From NCBI GenBank assembly GCA_963707635.1, contig OY970173.1, forward strand, positions 2,880,001-2,944,000: a stretch of 64,000 bases of DNA, in the 5' to 3' direction. This DNA comes from Candidatus Latescibacterota bacterium (GTDB lineage: Bacteria > Krumholzibacteriota > Krumholzibacteriia > WVZY01 > JAKEHA01). The notes under the pieces are model-generated. The model was not told the DNA's origin and ran no database searches. It was given only the letters and a program-made list of their open reading frames with translations. Of this stretch, positions 1 to 11,300 are shown piece by piece. Every line of letters begins with the position of its first letter. The stretch's first letter is position 1. The position numbers and the translations under genes were made by a program.

Positions 1-2
1 GG

Positions 3-827
3 GTTGCGTGGACGGATGTCACGCGCGGCGTCATCGTGACCTACGACCCCAGGGCAGATGCTGCCACGGGCTGGGCCATGATGGGTGTACTCGGCAGCCT
101 GACCAACGGCTGGTTTTTCGTCTTCACTGGACCGGCGTGGATGATCATCGGCGCGTCGACCACTCACTCTCTCGTTCGCGACGCGACGATCAAGGTGCCA
201 CAAAAAGAACCGGACATGGACTCTATCGCCATGTACGCCCGCTTCCCCCAGGGGCTTCCCGAGGGCGTCGACAGGTCCAGACTCAAGCTCGCAGCACCGC
301 CGGAAGAGGAGCCCAAGCGCCCGCCCTCCGGCTATCCCACCCGGCCCACGGCCCAGACTCGCGCCGACGTGCGCTCGTTCGAGTACGAGCCGGTTCGAAG
401 GGTCGGGGGCGGGGTCACGGCGTGGACCGGGCTGCAAACCGACGGCACTCTGTGGGCCGTCGGCGTCTGCCCGCGCGTCCTCGGGAGTCTGTTCGTGACC
501 GGTACCTATGGCCGAACCCACGGCGATTTCGCGACCCTCACGGACTGGACAACGGGCTTGCGCCTCGGTCGCAAGTACTTCTTCGGCGCAAAGTACATAC
601 ACAGTTCGAGCGACGCGGGTGGCGCAAAAGGATGGGGTGCCTACGGCGGTATCTTGAGCGATCCCCACAAGGGATTGTCCGTCGGCGCCACGTTTGGCTA
701 CGACATCCGGGAATTCGAGTTGACGCCTGCCCGCCAGGTCCCGACGCGGGACCTCGCGTGGCTCGCGCTGATGCTGCAGCTCACCCCCTCCGCGCTGAAG
801 GGGCGCAGCAGCGACGAGAAGCGATGA
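3..827 (+). CDS. Hypothetical protein, 5'-truncated by the window edge; hydrophobic segment, Pro-rich linker, beta-rich C-terminal part
   Basis: Frame is open from the window start through the ORF-track 36..827 ORF; plausible protein-like composition; converges on the next gene. Confidence 0.55.
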   Translation, partial: VAWTDVTRGVIVTYDPRADAATGWAMMGVLGSLTNGWFFVFTGPAWMIIGASTTHSLVRDATIKVPQKEPDMDSIAMYARFPQGLPEGVDRSRLKLAAPPEEEPKRPPSGYPTRPTAQTRADVRSFEYEPVRRVGGGVTAWTGLQTDGTLWAVGVCPRVLGSLFVTGTYGRTHGDFATLTDWTTGLRLGRKYFFGAKYIHSSSDAGGAKGWGAYGGILSDPHKGLSVGATFGYDIREFELTPARQVPTRDLAWLALMLQLTPSALKGRSSDEKR

Positions 828-830
828 CTA

Positions 831-2639
831 TCAGCTGTCCGGCGAGCCCTTGTCGAAGCGCCGCATCACGAGGTAGGTGGTGTCGTCGATCTGGTTCGCG
901 GCGCCGACAAACGCGCGCGCCGACGCGTAGAGCGCGGTGCACAGGCGGTAGGGCTTCAGGTCCAGATTCGCGCGCACGGACTCGATGAAGCGCTCCTCGC
1001 CGTACTCCTCCTCGGCCGCGTTCTGCGCCTCGGTCGCGCCGTCGGTGTAGCAGACGAGCACTTCGTCGGTGATGCGCAAACGCCCTTCGGTCCACTCGCC
1101 GTCGGGAAGAATGCCGAGCACGGTCCCGCCCGATTCGAGCCGGCGGAACGACCCGTCGGGCGACATCAGGATCGGCGAGTTGTGCCCCGCGTTGCAGTAG
1201 CTCAATTCGCCGCTGTCGGGGTCGAGCACGCCGATGAACGCGGTCACGAAGTCCTGCGGGCGCACGGTTTCGAGCAGAATCTGATTCGCGCGCAGCACGA
1301 TCTGCCGTGCGCTGGTCATGTACGGGGCGACCGTTCGCAGCGTGGCGCGGAAGCCGGCCATGATGAGCGAGGCCGGCACGCCCTTGCCCGCGACGTCCGC
1401 GATCGCGAACGCGACCAGGCGGTTCATGGACGGAAAGAAGTCGTAGTAGTCGCCGCTCACCTCGAACGACGGATAGTTGGCGCCCGCGATTCGGAACGCT
1501 CCCGAAATCAGCGATTTCTTGGGCGTGAAGAACTCCTGCACGGTGCGCGCAATGCGCAGCTCCTCTTCGAGCTCGAGCTTCACCTTGCGCTCCTCGATCA
1601 GATAGGCGCGGTCGATCGCAACCGCCGCCTGCGCGGCGAAGGCCTCCAGGAGGCGCAGGTCGTTCTCGGAGTAGGCGTCGAGTCGGTCGTTCTCGAGGTT
1701 GAAGAGCCCCAGCAGGCGGCCGCGCAGCATCATCGGCGCCACCATCTCGGAGCGCGTGCGGGCACGAACGTTGGCGTAGTGGGAATCGGCACGCACGTCG
1801 GGCACGATCACGCCCTGCTTCGTCCTGGCCACCACGCCCACGATTCCCTCGTCGGACTTGACCCGGATCCTGTCCTGCGCCCCCTGCGGATAACCGGTGT
1901 GGGCCACGCTGGCGATGGTGTCGGTCTTGCGCTCGTAGAGAAAGATGGACGCCGCGTCGTAGGGAACGAGCTTCTTGAGGTTGTCCAGAATCCGGTCCAG
2001 AGCCTCGGCGCGGGTCATGGACTTGCCCACGTCGGCGCTCACTTCGGCCAGGAGCTGGTACTCGAGCCGGCGCCGCTGCGCCTGGTCGCGCAGGCGCGCG
2101 TTCGCCACCGCCACCGCCACGTGCTCGCCCAGCGGCGTCAAGAGCGCCAGGTCGTCCTCGGTGAAGGGCTCCTCGTTCTTGCGATTGACGACTTCGAGGA
2201 TCCCGCGCACCAGCCCGCGCCGGGTCAGCGGGATCGCGATCAGCGAGGTCACCTTGAGGCCGAGCTTCCTGGCGATGACCGGGGCCACCTCGGAGTGGCG
2301 CACGTCGTTCAATATGATCGGCTCGCGCCGTTCCCACGTGCGGCCCATAACGCCCGCCCCGCGCGCGATCACAGCGCCGCGCACCTCGTCGTCGGCCACG
2401 CCGATCGCGCGCTCGAATACCATGCGCTCGCGGTCGTCAAGGACGGCGAGCAGCACGGCCTCTGCGCGCAGCGCCGTCTTGACGATCTTCAGCAGGCTCT
2501 TCAGGAGCTCGCCGAATTCGACGTTGGCGTTGAGCGTACGGCTCGCGGCGGAGAGAAGCTCGATCTCTCTCGCCTTCGCGATCAAGAGCTGACGTTCGGT
2601 GGTCAATTCAGGCTCCGGGACGAGGTGTAGAAGTTCCAT
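831..2639 (-). CDS. Tandem GAF + PP2C (SpoIIE/RsbU-type) Ser/Thr phosphatase
   Basis: Two GAF-like domains (LEVVNRK..PFTEDD; LFNLEN..YSEND); PP2C motifs VSGDYYD, IADVAGKG, CNAGH, YTDG, DDTT. Confidence 0.9.
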   Translation of the reverse strand: MELLHLVPEPELTTERQLLIAKAREIELLSAASRTLNANVEFGELLKSLLKIVKTALRAEAVLLAVLDDRERMVFERAIGVADDEVRGAVIARGAGVMGRTWERREPIILNDVRHSEVAPVIARKLGLKVTSLIAIPLTRRGLVRGILEVVNRKNEEPFTEDDLALLTPLGEHVAVAVANARLRDQAQRRRLEYQLLAEVSADVGKSMTRAEALDRILDNLKKLVPYDAASIFLYERKTDTIASVAHTGYPQGAQDRIRVKSDEGIVGVVARTKQGVIVPDVRADSHYANVRARTRSEMVAPMMLRGRLLGLFNLENDRLDAYSENDLRLLEAFAAQAAVAIDRAYLIEERKVKLELEEELRIARTVQEFFTPKKSLISGAFRIAGANYPSFEVSGDYYDFFPSMNRLVAFAIADVAGKGVPASLIMAGFRATLRTVAPYMTSARQIVLRANQILLETVRPQDFVTAFIGVLDPDSGELSYCNAGHNSPILMSPDGSFRRLESGGTVLGILPDGEWTEGRLRITDEVLVCYTDGATEAQNAAEEEYGEERFIESVRANLDLKPYRLCTALYASARAFVGAANQIDDTTYLVMRRFDKGSPDS

Positions 2640-2769
2640 GGTTCTATGACTAATGCCGATGTGTCAAGACGAGAGTAAGGCCAGGGAAAGGGACGGAGAG
2701 GAAAAGCAGGGAGCATGCCAGAGCGAACGTGGCGGCGGATGCGGACCACGCGCGCCTCGGAGGGTGGGG

Positions 2770-3870
2770 TTACGCCACTGGAGAAATGGAGCGAATGCGT
2801 TCCGCGATTGCAAAAAACGCCTTCGCAACCGGAGCGTCGGGGTCGTGTTTCACGATCGGGTCGCCTTCGTCGCCGACGCGGCGCACGTTGGCGTCGAGCG
2901 GAATCTCGCCGAGGAACTCCACGCCCAGGCGCTTGCTGATCTCGCGCCCGCCGCCGTGGCTGAAGATTTCCGTGCGCTCCCCGCAGTGGGGACAGACGAA
3001 GTAGCTCATGTTCTCGATGATTCCGAGTACGGGCGCGTGGACCGTGCGATACATCTCGAGGCCCTTCTCGGCATCGACCAGCGAGAGCTCGGAGGGGGTG
3101 GTGACGATGATCGCCCCCGAGAGCGGGACCGTCTGCACCAGGGTGAGCTGGGCGTCACCCGTCCCGGGGGGCATGTCGATCATGAGATAGTCCAGCGTGC
3201 CCCAATCAACGTCGTTTAGGAACTTCTTCACCACGCCCATCACGATCGGCCCCCGCCAGATCACCGGCTGGCCGCGGTCGGTGAGGAATCCCAGCGACAT
3301 GAGCTTGAGCCCGTCTTTCTCGACCGGGGCGATCTCCTTGTTTTTCCCTGCCTGCGGGCGATCGGTGGCCCCCATCAACACGTGGACGCTCGGGCCATAG
3401 ACATCGGCGTCCATCAGACCGACGCGGCTGCCGAGCTTCGAGAGCGCGAGGGCGAGATTCACGCACACGGTCGACTTTCCGACGCCGCCTTTGGCCGACG
3501 AGACCGCAATGATGTGCTTGACCCCCGCGATCGGCGCCTGACCCTCGAACGGGCTCGCGCCGGGGCCTCCGCGGACGGGGCCGGGCCCGGTGTTCGGCTG
3601 GGCGGGGCCGGTCGCGGCGAGCTTTGGCTTCGCCCCCCTGGTCATGATGATGACCTCGCGCACGCCGGCGAGCCGCTTGACGGCGGTGCGGCTCTCGTCC
3701 TCGACGCGCGCCTTGACCTTCGCGTCGTCGACGGGAAGATTCAGCGAGAGAGTCACGATGTCGCCCTGGACGCCGATCTTCTCGACCCGCTTCTGGGTGA
3801 CGATGCTCCCGACCCCGTAGACGTCGACGACGGCTTCGAGGGCGGACTGGATCGCGGATGAATCGATCAT
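2770..3870 (-). CDS. apbC: Mrp/NBP35 family Fe-S cluster carrier ATPase
   Basis: SAKGGVGKST deviant Walker A, DADVYGPS, VIWRGP, IDMPPGTGD, ENMS..CPHC. Confidence 0.95.
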   Translation of the reverse strand: MIDSSAIQSALEAVVDVYGVGSIVTQKRVEKIGVQGDIVTLSLNLPVDDAKVKARVEDESRTAVKRLAGVREVIIMTRGAKPKLAATGPAQPNTGPGPVRGGPGASPFEGQAPIAGVKHIIAVSSAKGGVGKSTVCVNLALALSKLGSRVGLMDADVYGPSVHVLMGATDRPQAGKNKEIAPVEKDGLKLMSLGFLTDRGQPVIWRGPIVMGVVKKFLNDVDWGTLDYLMIDMPPGTGDAQLTLVQTVPLSGAIIVTTPSELSLVDAEKGLEMYRTVHAPVLGIIENMSYFVCPHCGERTEIFSHGGGREISKRLGVEFLGEIPLDANVRRVGDEGDPIVKHDPDAPVAKAFFAIAERIRSISPVA

Positions 3871-3891
3871 GTTGAGACCGTGACGAATTGA

Positions 3892-3920
3892 TTGACGCTA
3901 TTCGCCGACTCGACTAGCGT
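3892..3920 (+). promoter_or_regulatory. Putative sigma70 promoter for the small ORF / CDF gene
   Basis: TTGACG-17 nt-TAGCGT in the divergent intergenic region. Confidence 0.45.
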
Positions 3921-3961
3921 CACAGACGACTTCCGTCGCGTCGGACCAAAGGAGTTGCTTC

Positions 3962-4135
3962 ATGAATGCAAGGACCCAGCGCACCGTCGGCCTCGCCTGC
4001 CTCATCCTCTCCGCCGTGATCGGCATCCTCAATCTGAAGCGGACCATGAACCTGGGCATGACCTCGACCGGCGTCATCCTGCTGGTCGTTGGCGCGGTGC
4101 TCATGAGGAAGTCGCGGCAGAAGACCGCCGGGTAA
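3962..4135 (+). CDS. Small membrane protein (57 aa, two hydrophobic segments)
   Basis: MNARTQRTVGLACLILSAVIGILNLKRTMNLGMTSTGVILLVVGAVLMRKSRQKTAG; AAGGAG RBS at 3949-3954; CCCGGGC/GCCCGGG hairpin downstream; absent from the ORF track. Confidence 0.75.
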   Translation: MNARTQRTVGLACLILSAVIGILNLKRTMNLGMTSTGVILLVVGAVLMRKSRQKTAG

Positions 4136-4213
4136 GCGCGTCCGGACCCGGGCCTCGCGCCCGGGATGCGCACCACTATAGCTGCCCGTCGGGCCAACTG
4201 GCAACGACCGTTA

Positions 4214-5141
4214 ATGTCCAAGATCACCCCCATTGCTTCCACCCGTTCGTCCCTCACGCGCTACGCGTGGCTCTCGATCGGCGCGGCACTCGTCACCATC
4301 GCGCTCAAGGCGGCCGCGTACTTCCTGACCGGTTCGGTCGGGCTCCTCTCGGACGCGCTCGAATCGGTGGTCAACCTGGCGGGCGCCGTCATGGCGCTCG
4401 CGATGCTGACCATTGCCGCCCGCCCCGCCGACGAGACCCACGCGTACGGTCACAACAAGGCCGAGTACTTCTCGAGCGGCATGGAGGGCGCGCTGATCCT
4501 GGTCGCCGCCGCGAGCATCGGGTTTGCGGCGGTGCGACGGCTGCTCACCCCGCAACCGCTCGAGCAGGTTGGAATCGGCATCACCGTGTCGATGATGGCG
4601 GCGGTGGTCAACCTGGTGGTGGCGCTCGTCCTCCTCCGCGCCGGCCGCAAGCATCACTCGGTCACGCTCGAAGCCGACGCGCACCATCTGCTGACCGACG
4701 TGTGGACGTCCTCGGGCGTGCTGGCGGGCGTGGGACTGGTCGTGCTCACGGGCTGGCAGCGCCTCGACCCGATCGTCGCGCTCCTGGTGACACTCAACAT
4801 CGTGCTGACCGGGGTCAGGATCGTGCGCACGTCGGTGCTGGGCCTGATGGACACCGCGCTCCCGGCCGGCGAGCAGCTCGCGCTGCGCGCGATACTCGAT
4901 CGCCACACGGCCGCGAACGGGATCGAGTTCCACGCCTCTGCGCACCCGCCAGTCGGCGGCGCGGCGATTCGTGTCGGTGCACGTGCTGGTACCGGGCGAC
5001 TGGACCGTCCAACACGGCCACCGGGTGCTCGAGGCGATCGAGGCCGACATTCGCTCCGCGCTGCCCAACGCGAGCGTGCTCACGCACCTGGAATCGCTGG
5101 ATGATCCGGCGTCGTGGGACGACGAGACGCTGGACCGGTAA
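4214..5141 (+). CDS. Cation diffusion facilitator (FieF-like) transporter with a +1 frameshift near 4937 (error or pseudogene)
   Basis: [32 protein letters not shown]; after IEFHA the C-terminal domain ([28 protein letters not shown]...THLES) continues in another frame to TAA 5139-5141. Confidence 0.9.
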
Positions 5142-5171
5142 GCGCCACGCGCCGGCGCGAGGCGGGGAGAG

Positions 5172-6368
5172 TCAGGCGGGCGGACGGGCCTTCGGATCCT
5201 TCGCCTCGGGACGGATGAGCGCCAGGCTCGCCGTGTGGCCGTGCAGAAAGTTCTTTCCCCCCACCGGACCGATTTCGCCCGCGCAGAAAAACCCCGCCAC
5301 GTCGAGGCCGCGGAAGAAGCCCGTGATGGCCGAGATGTCGCCGTCGGGCTCCTGGTAGAGGTGCGTGCCGCGCCCGTTGCACGAAAACAGGAACGCGCCG
5401 CTGGGGTCGCCGAACAGCGAGTGCGGGCTCAGCATCATCTCCAGGTCCTCGCGCGCCGTGCGGGCGTCGCGCAGGTGGAACTGCACGCGCTCGCCGGTTT
5501 CGATCACGTCGCCGACGGCGATGGCGCCGCTCTTGTTGTCGGCTCCGATTACGCCGCGGATCAGGAAATCGCCGCGGCCCAGGTTCTCCTTGCTGGAATC
5601 GATCGCGCGGCCGATGAAGAGCCCGTTGTGCAGGAGCTGGCGGTCGTCTTCGTCGAGCTCGTCGAGGAGGTCCCCGATGCGCTCCAGCGGGGACTCTTCC
5701 CCCAGCGCATCGATTACGTTGTGGGTCGCCGCGGTCACTTCGAACACCGGTCCGATCGGGCGGCAGCCCTGCGACACGATGATGTCGACGCCGATGGGGC
5801 CCGAAAACGCGAGCCCCACCACGCCCTCGCGCACCACCCGGTCGTTCATGAACAGCACGGTCTCGCCGGGCTGCCGGGCGCCGCTCGCCATCCCGCCGAT
5901 GATGGGGACGCCCTCGCACCCGGTGTTGAACGCGGCGAGGATGCCTTCCATCGGCGTGCTGAACGGGTCCGCCAGCATGACGAAGAAGCGGGTGCCCGCC
6001 GGGGGGTCGTAGGCCTTGTGCAGCTGCATCGGATTGCGCGCGATTTGCATCGCGTCCTGCGCCGAAATGAAGAACGGCTCGACGCCGACGCCGGGGAGCT
6101 TCGCCGCCACCACCGCAATCGCGGGCTCGCCCTCGATCTCGTGCGTCGGACCGATCACGCCCTCGCCGCAGCAGCCGACCATGACGCGCGCGCCGATGGC
6201 CGCCTTCAGGTCGCGGGCGAAACCCTCGGCCCGCGTCGCGAAGTGCGTGCTCGGAAACACCAGCGCCACGTCCACGCTCTCGCCGAGGCGGTCGAGAATC
6301 GACTTCGACACCTCGGAGAGAATGACGTCCAGGTTCTGGTCGACGACGGAAATGGAAGCGAAACGCAT
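5172..6368 (-). CDS. FIST (FIST_N + FIST_C) signal-transduction domain protein
   Basis: GCCGEGVIG, LADPFS, IGGMASG, VSQGCRPIG, FSCNGRG, GFFCAGEIGP; start placed at ATG 6368. Confidence 0.9.
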   Translation of the reverse strand: MRFASISVVDQNLDVILSEVSKSILDRLGESVDVALVFPSTHFATRAEGFARDLKAAIGARVMVGCCGEGVIGPTHEIEGEPAIAVVAAKLPGVGVEPFFISAQDAMQIARNPMQLHKAYDPPAGTRFFVMLADPFSTPMEGILAAFNTGCEGVPIIGGMASGARQPGETVLFMNDRVVREGVVGLAFSGPIGVDIIVSQGCRPIGPVFEVTAATHNVIDALGEESPLERIGDLLDELDEDDRQLLHNGLFIGRAIDSSKENLGRGDFLIRGVIGADNKSGAIAVGDVIETGERVQFHLRDARTAREDLEMMLSPHSLFGDPSGAFLFSCNGRGTHLYQEPDGDISAITGFFRGLDVAGFFCAGEIGPVGGKNFLHGHTASLALIRPEAKDPKARPPA

Positions 6369-6369
6369 A

Positions 6370-8229
6370 TCAGCGACTATAACGCGCAATGGTCCCGTTG
6401 TCTCCGACGATGAATACGTTGCCGGACGACGAGCCCCACACCCCGGTGACCAGGAACGGCAGGTTCGACAGGTCCTGGACCCGCTGCCACCGGGGGGTGG
6501 CGCCGGTATCGCCGACCAGAATCGAGGCGGCGTCCCCGCACGCGAATCCACGCTCTGTGCTCGCGCTCCATACCCCGAGGACGTCGTGCACCGGGTCCTG
6601 ATAGACCGGTGTCCATTGCAGTCCGTCCCAGTGGAAGATCAGACCGCCGGCGTGGAGCGGGCCCGCGTACGCGCCCTCCGTGTCGCCGGCCACCGCGGCC
6701 AGCCGCGGCTGCAGGTACTCGCTCGCCACATAGACGTCGGTGGGTCCGGTGCCGTGCACGTCGTGGAAGTTGTGCACGTTGAACAGGTCGATGTTGATCA
6801 GCTTGAACTGCACACCGTTCCAGCGAAACGCGGTCGAGTTGGCGCCGGTGACCCAGAAGTCATTGGCCGCCGGACCCCAGACACCGAGGAGCCGTTCGGT
6901 GACCCCGAGAATCGAGGCGTCCAGCCATTGTGCTCCGTCGAAGCGGAGAATCGCACCCTGCTCGCCCACCGCGTAGGCCGTGCCGGGTGCGTCCATCCAC
7001 ACTTCGTTCAAGTGAATCGGGAGCGTCGAGATGTCGTTCCAGGTCGTGCCGTCGAAGTGGAGCGCGGTTCCATACTCGCCCACCGCGATCACGTCGCTGG
7101 CCGAGGTGCCGGCGACACCGCGCAGATTCTCCAGGGTTCCGCTCGGCGATTCCTCCCAGACGCCGGCGCGAAAGCGCAGTACGGTGCCGAATCCACCGAC
7201 CGCGAATGCTTCCTGCCCATCCGACGTGGTCCACACGTCTCTCAAGTCGCGCGTCATGCCCCCCTTCGCGGCCTGCCAGCCGCCGCCGCTGTTCTCGTGG
7301 ATGGTCCCGCCCTCTCCCACCGCCCACACGGTTCCACCCACGCCGAAAATCCGATACACCGACTTGACGCTGTTCAGGACGATCGGCGACCACGAGAGCC
7401 CGTCCCAGTGATAGGCGCTGCCGGCCAGCCCCATCGCGTACACGTCGTCGCCCGCCGTGCCCCATACCGCTTCCAGAAACGCCGGCGCCCCGACGTCGAT
7501 CGGCGACCAGTCGGCGCCGTCGAAATGAATGGCCGCGCCGTTGCCGCCCACCGCGAAGACGTCGTTGGCAGACATCCCCCAGACATCGGTGAGCGCAAAG
7601 GTCGCCGGAGTCGCCAGCGCGCTCCAGAGCGCGCCGTCGTAGTGGAGAAGACTCGTTCCCATGCCGGTGCAATAGACGTCGCCGGGGCCGCTGCCCCACA
7701 CCGAGGTCAGCGATTCCAGCCCGGGCGGGACCGTCATCGGCGCCCAGGTGGAACCGTCGTAGTGGTAGATGCGATGGGCCACGGCGGACTCGATGCCGAC
7801 CGCGAAGATGTCGTCAGCGGCGGAGCCCCAGACATCGAGAAAGACCACCGCCGGGTTGGGCGACTCGTTCGTCCAGGTCGAGCCGTCGAAGCGCAGGACG
7901 GCGCCGGCCGTGCCGACGGCGACGACATTCGTCGCGGAGGCACCCCAGACGCCCCAGAGGTTCGCCGTCGTCGGTGTCTGCGTGACGCGCCACGCCGTGC
8001 CGTTGTAGCGAAGCACGACTCCCTGCTGCCCGGTGGCGAAGAGGTTGGTTGCGCTCGGGCCCCACACGTCGCTCAAGGTGACGCCCTGCGACGCCGGGTT
8101 CATCCAGCGCCACGCCGGGTCGTCGGGCGGGGGAGGTTCAACGACGGCGTCGTCGCCGGAGCACCCGAAAAGAGCCCCCGCGGCTGCGAACAACGAAAGA
8201 GCGAGGAGCAAACGGAAACGGCGACGCAC
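6370..8229 (-). CDS. Lipoprotein with ~40-aa VWG repeats (beta-propeller-like)
   Basis: Signal peptide ending LFGC; more than 10 repeats of LxxVWGxxxxDVxAVGxxGxxLHxDGxxW. Confidence 0.8.
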   Translation of the reverse strand: MRRRFRLLLALSLFAAAGALFGCSGDDAVVEPPPPDDPAWRWMNPASQGVTLSDVWGPSATNLFATGQQGVVLRYNGTAWRVTQTPTTANLWGVWGASATNVVAVGTAGAVLRFDGSTWTNESPNPAVVFLDVWGSAADDIFAVGIESAVAHRIYHYDGSTWAPMTVPPGLESLTSVWGSGPGDVYCTGMGTSLLHYDGALWSALATPATFALTDVWGMSANDVFAVGGNGAAIHFDGADWSPIDVGAPAFLEAVWGTAGDDVYAMGLAGSAYHWDGLSWSPIVLNSVKSVYRIFGVGGTVWAVGEGGTIHENSGGGWQAAKGGMTRDLRDVWTTSDGQEAFAVGGFGTVLRFRAGVWEESPSGTLENLRGVAGTSASDVIAVGEYGTALHFDGTTWNDISTLPIHLNEVWMDAPGTAYAVGEQGAILRFDGAQWLDASILGVTERLLGVWGPAANDFWVTGANSTAFRWNGVQFKLINIDLFNVHNFHDVHGTGPTDVYVASEYLQPRLAAVAGDTEGAYAGPLHAGGLIFHWDGLQWTPVYQDPVHDVLGVWSASTERGFACGDAASILVGDTGATPRWQRVQDLSNLPFLVTGVWGSSSGNVFIVGDNGTIARYSR

Positions 8230-8301
8230 GAATTCTCCGGTGACCGGGGGGATGACGCTACCTTGAATCTACTACGGAACCGGTTGGGCGCGCAACGCGG
8301 C

Positions 8302-8321
8302 CCGGCGCGATTCCGCGCCGG
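8302..8321 (-). terminator. GC stem-loop just after the RND operon
   Basis: CCGGCGCG-ATTC-CGCGCCGG; no clear U-tract. Confidence 0.3.
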
Positions 8322-8330
8322 CGAGGCGCG

Positions 8331-11300
8331 CTACGCAGGGTCGGCCGCGGGCCGGGCGTCGCGGGTGCGGCGGCGGACCTTCGATCTTAGCCAGCCGGTC
8401 ATGCGCCGCAGCGACCAACTCAACCGGATGCAGCTCGAATAGATCGCGGGCGTCACAAACAGAAGCAGGATCGTACTCGACGTCAGCCCGCCGATCGAAG
8501 CCAGCGCCAGGTTCTCCCAGATATCCTTGTCGGCGGTGTCGTTCATATGCACCAGCAGCGGCGCGAGTCCGACAACGGTGGTCCCGCTGGTGAGTAGGAT
8601 GGAACGCATGCGCGCGCGGGTGCCGCGGGCCACCGCTCGCTTGAGCAATTCGACACGCTCTTCCTTCGGAAGTTCCCAGAGATCGATGCCGCCGAGCGAC
8701 TTGCGCAGAGGCGGAAACAGGGAGGCCGACAACTCGGGATCGTCGCCGCGCTTCGACTTCAGAATCAGTGTCGACTCGGTTCGATACCGGCTCACGAGCA
8801 GAATGGCGTTGTTCACCGCAACTCCGAACAACAGCACCAGCCCGATCCGCGCCGACGAATCGAAAACCGAATGGGTCAGCCAGAAGATCGCGACGACGCC
8901 CACCAGCGACATTGGCACCGCAAGCAATATCAGGAATGGGATTGAGACACTCTCCATCAGCGCGGCCAGCACAATGAAAATGAATGCGACCGCGAGCCAG
9001 ATCGCCAACCCGATCTCTTCTTCTTCCTCCTGGGTCAGAAACTCCTGCCGGGCCTCCTCGGCCTTGTACCCGTACGGCACCTCGATGCCGGCGAGGATGT
9101 CTTTGATGTACTTGGTTCGCATCTGGTCGGTGCCGAGATACTCCCAGTTGACGTGCGTGGTGTACTTTTGGTTCTCGCGCGTAATCGAGCGGGACACCTC
9201 GCGCTTTTCGATGTCGATCAGGTCACCGAGTCGAACCTGGCCGCCGGCGGGGCTGCGCAGCACCAGGGCCGCGATCTCCGCATATGAAATGTTGTCGGCA
9301 TCCGCGTAGGAAAGCTGCACGCGTTCCTGGTCACCGTCAATCAGCATCGTCCACGGGATGTCGACGCCGAGCATGCGCCGGACCTGCGCCGTCAGATCCG
9401 CCACCGTCAAGTCGTACGCGGCGAGTCGATCGCGCCTTATGCGGATGACCATTTCCTCCTGCCGGACGCGCTCCCACTGCGCCCCGGTAGTCACGCGAGC
9501 GTTACGCACACGGCGGTTCTTCTCGACGCGGGCCAGGGTGCGGTCCGCGATTTCGTTCAGCCGCTTGGAATTGTAGCCAGTGATCTTGATCAGCGAGTTG
9601 AGCGCCGATCCTCCAAAGGCACCCTTGAAGTACGGACGGTCGGAGAAACCCCGGATGTACACGCTCGACCCGCCGGTGACGTCCGCTTTGGCAATCAACA
9701 GCTCGCGCCAGTGGAACGGGAGCGGGGTCTTACGCAGCTCCTCCTCGAATTCGACGCGCATGATCCCCTGGTTCCCGAACGCCCGCGACGCCATGCGCAC
9801 TCCCTCGGGAGCAGGGAGCAGTGCCTCCTCAAAATCGCGCAGCGTCTCCGAGGTTACCTCCAAGTCCGTCCCCGACGGCATCTCCAGGTAGAGAAACAGT
9901 TCTTCCTCTTCCGGGAACCGCCAGAACCCGCCTTTGATGACCTTGTGGTCGTAGGCCCACCACGCGCCGGCAAACAACGCGAGCACCACTGGGATCGCCA
10001 GCCACCAACCGCGTTGCAGGGCCATGTAGCCGCGGTCCAGACGCGTGACGCGATCTTCGAGCGCGGACGGTTCGGCAACCAGCCGGTCCAATTCGTCGGA
10101 ATCGATCACATCCCGCGGCCCGTCAGCGAGCCTGTTCACCAGCGGCTTCGCCCACACACGGTGCAGCACCATCGGCACCCACCCGAACGCGACGAAGAGC
10201 GACGCGGCGAGCGCGGTCGTCACCGAGACGGCGAGCGGAATGTAGTAGAGCGCGAGTCGTCCGGACAAAAAAACGAATGAGCCGAACACAACCACCGTGG
10301 TCAACGTGGTCGCGAGCGCAGGATTCAGAATATCGTTGGTGCCCTGGAGGATGGCGTGATAGGCCACTTCGAGCTTGGCGCGGCGCGAAAGTCCGAGGTC
10401 GCCGGCGCGCTTGAGGGCATCGAGCCGGCGGTGGATCGCGTCGAGCACGAGGATGCTGTTGTCGACAATCATCCCAAAGCACACAGCCAGGCCACTGATC
10501 GTAATGAAGTTCACCGAAATGTGCAGAAAATAGAAGAGCGACAGCGAAATGAGGGTCGCGAAGATGATCGACGCCGTCACAATCGCGGTCAACTGGAGCT
10601 GACGCACAGAGATCGCCAGCATCACGAACAGGATGCCAAGGATCGCGAACGAGCGATAGATGAGGTTGCGAAGCTTGTCTTCCAGGTCCTTGCCCTGATC
10701 TTCGTCGACGTGAAAGCCGACCACGGCGGGCACATTGGCCTGGATCGCCGGGAGCGCCTTGCGCAAATCGCGGCTCACCCCGACCGCGTTGGCGCCGCTG
10801 CGTTTGTCGACCGTCACCTGCACAACGTTCTTGCCGTTGGCGCGCACGAAGTAGTTCGGGTCCTCAAAGTCCGCACGAACTTCGCCCAGCATGCCGAGGG
10901 TAAAGGTCTGCCCCCCGCGCCTCGCGACCACCCCATCCTGCAGGGAGCGCAGGCTCACCGGGCGGCGCAGGGCGACGAGGCGCTCGAGCCCCTGCTCGCG
11001 CACGACCCCCGCGCCTTCGAACTCGTCGAGGCGATTGACCGCGCGGAACACTTCGTCCGCGCGTACCCCGTAGAGGTCGAGAAGTCGGCGGTCGAGCACG
11101 ATCTTGACCAACGGGCGCGCGCCGCCCAGCACCTCGGCGTCGGCCACGCCCGGCACCGCGATCACCTGCGGGACGACCCACGTTTCTGCAAGCTCGCGCA
11201 GCTCGTTGGGCGTCAAATCCGATTCCAGACTGAAGGTGAAAAAATCCTCGGTGCGGAACTCCTCCGGAACAAATGGCAGAATCTGCGGCTGCTGCGCTCC

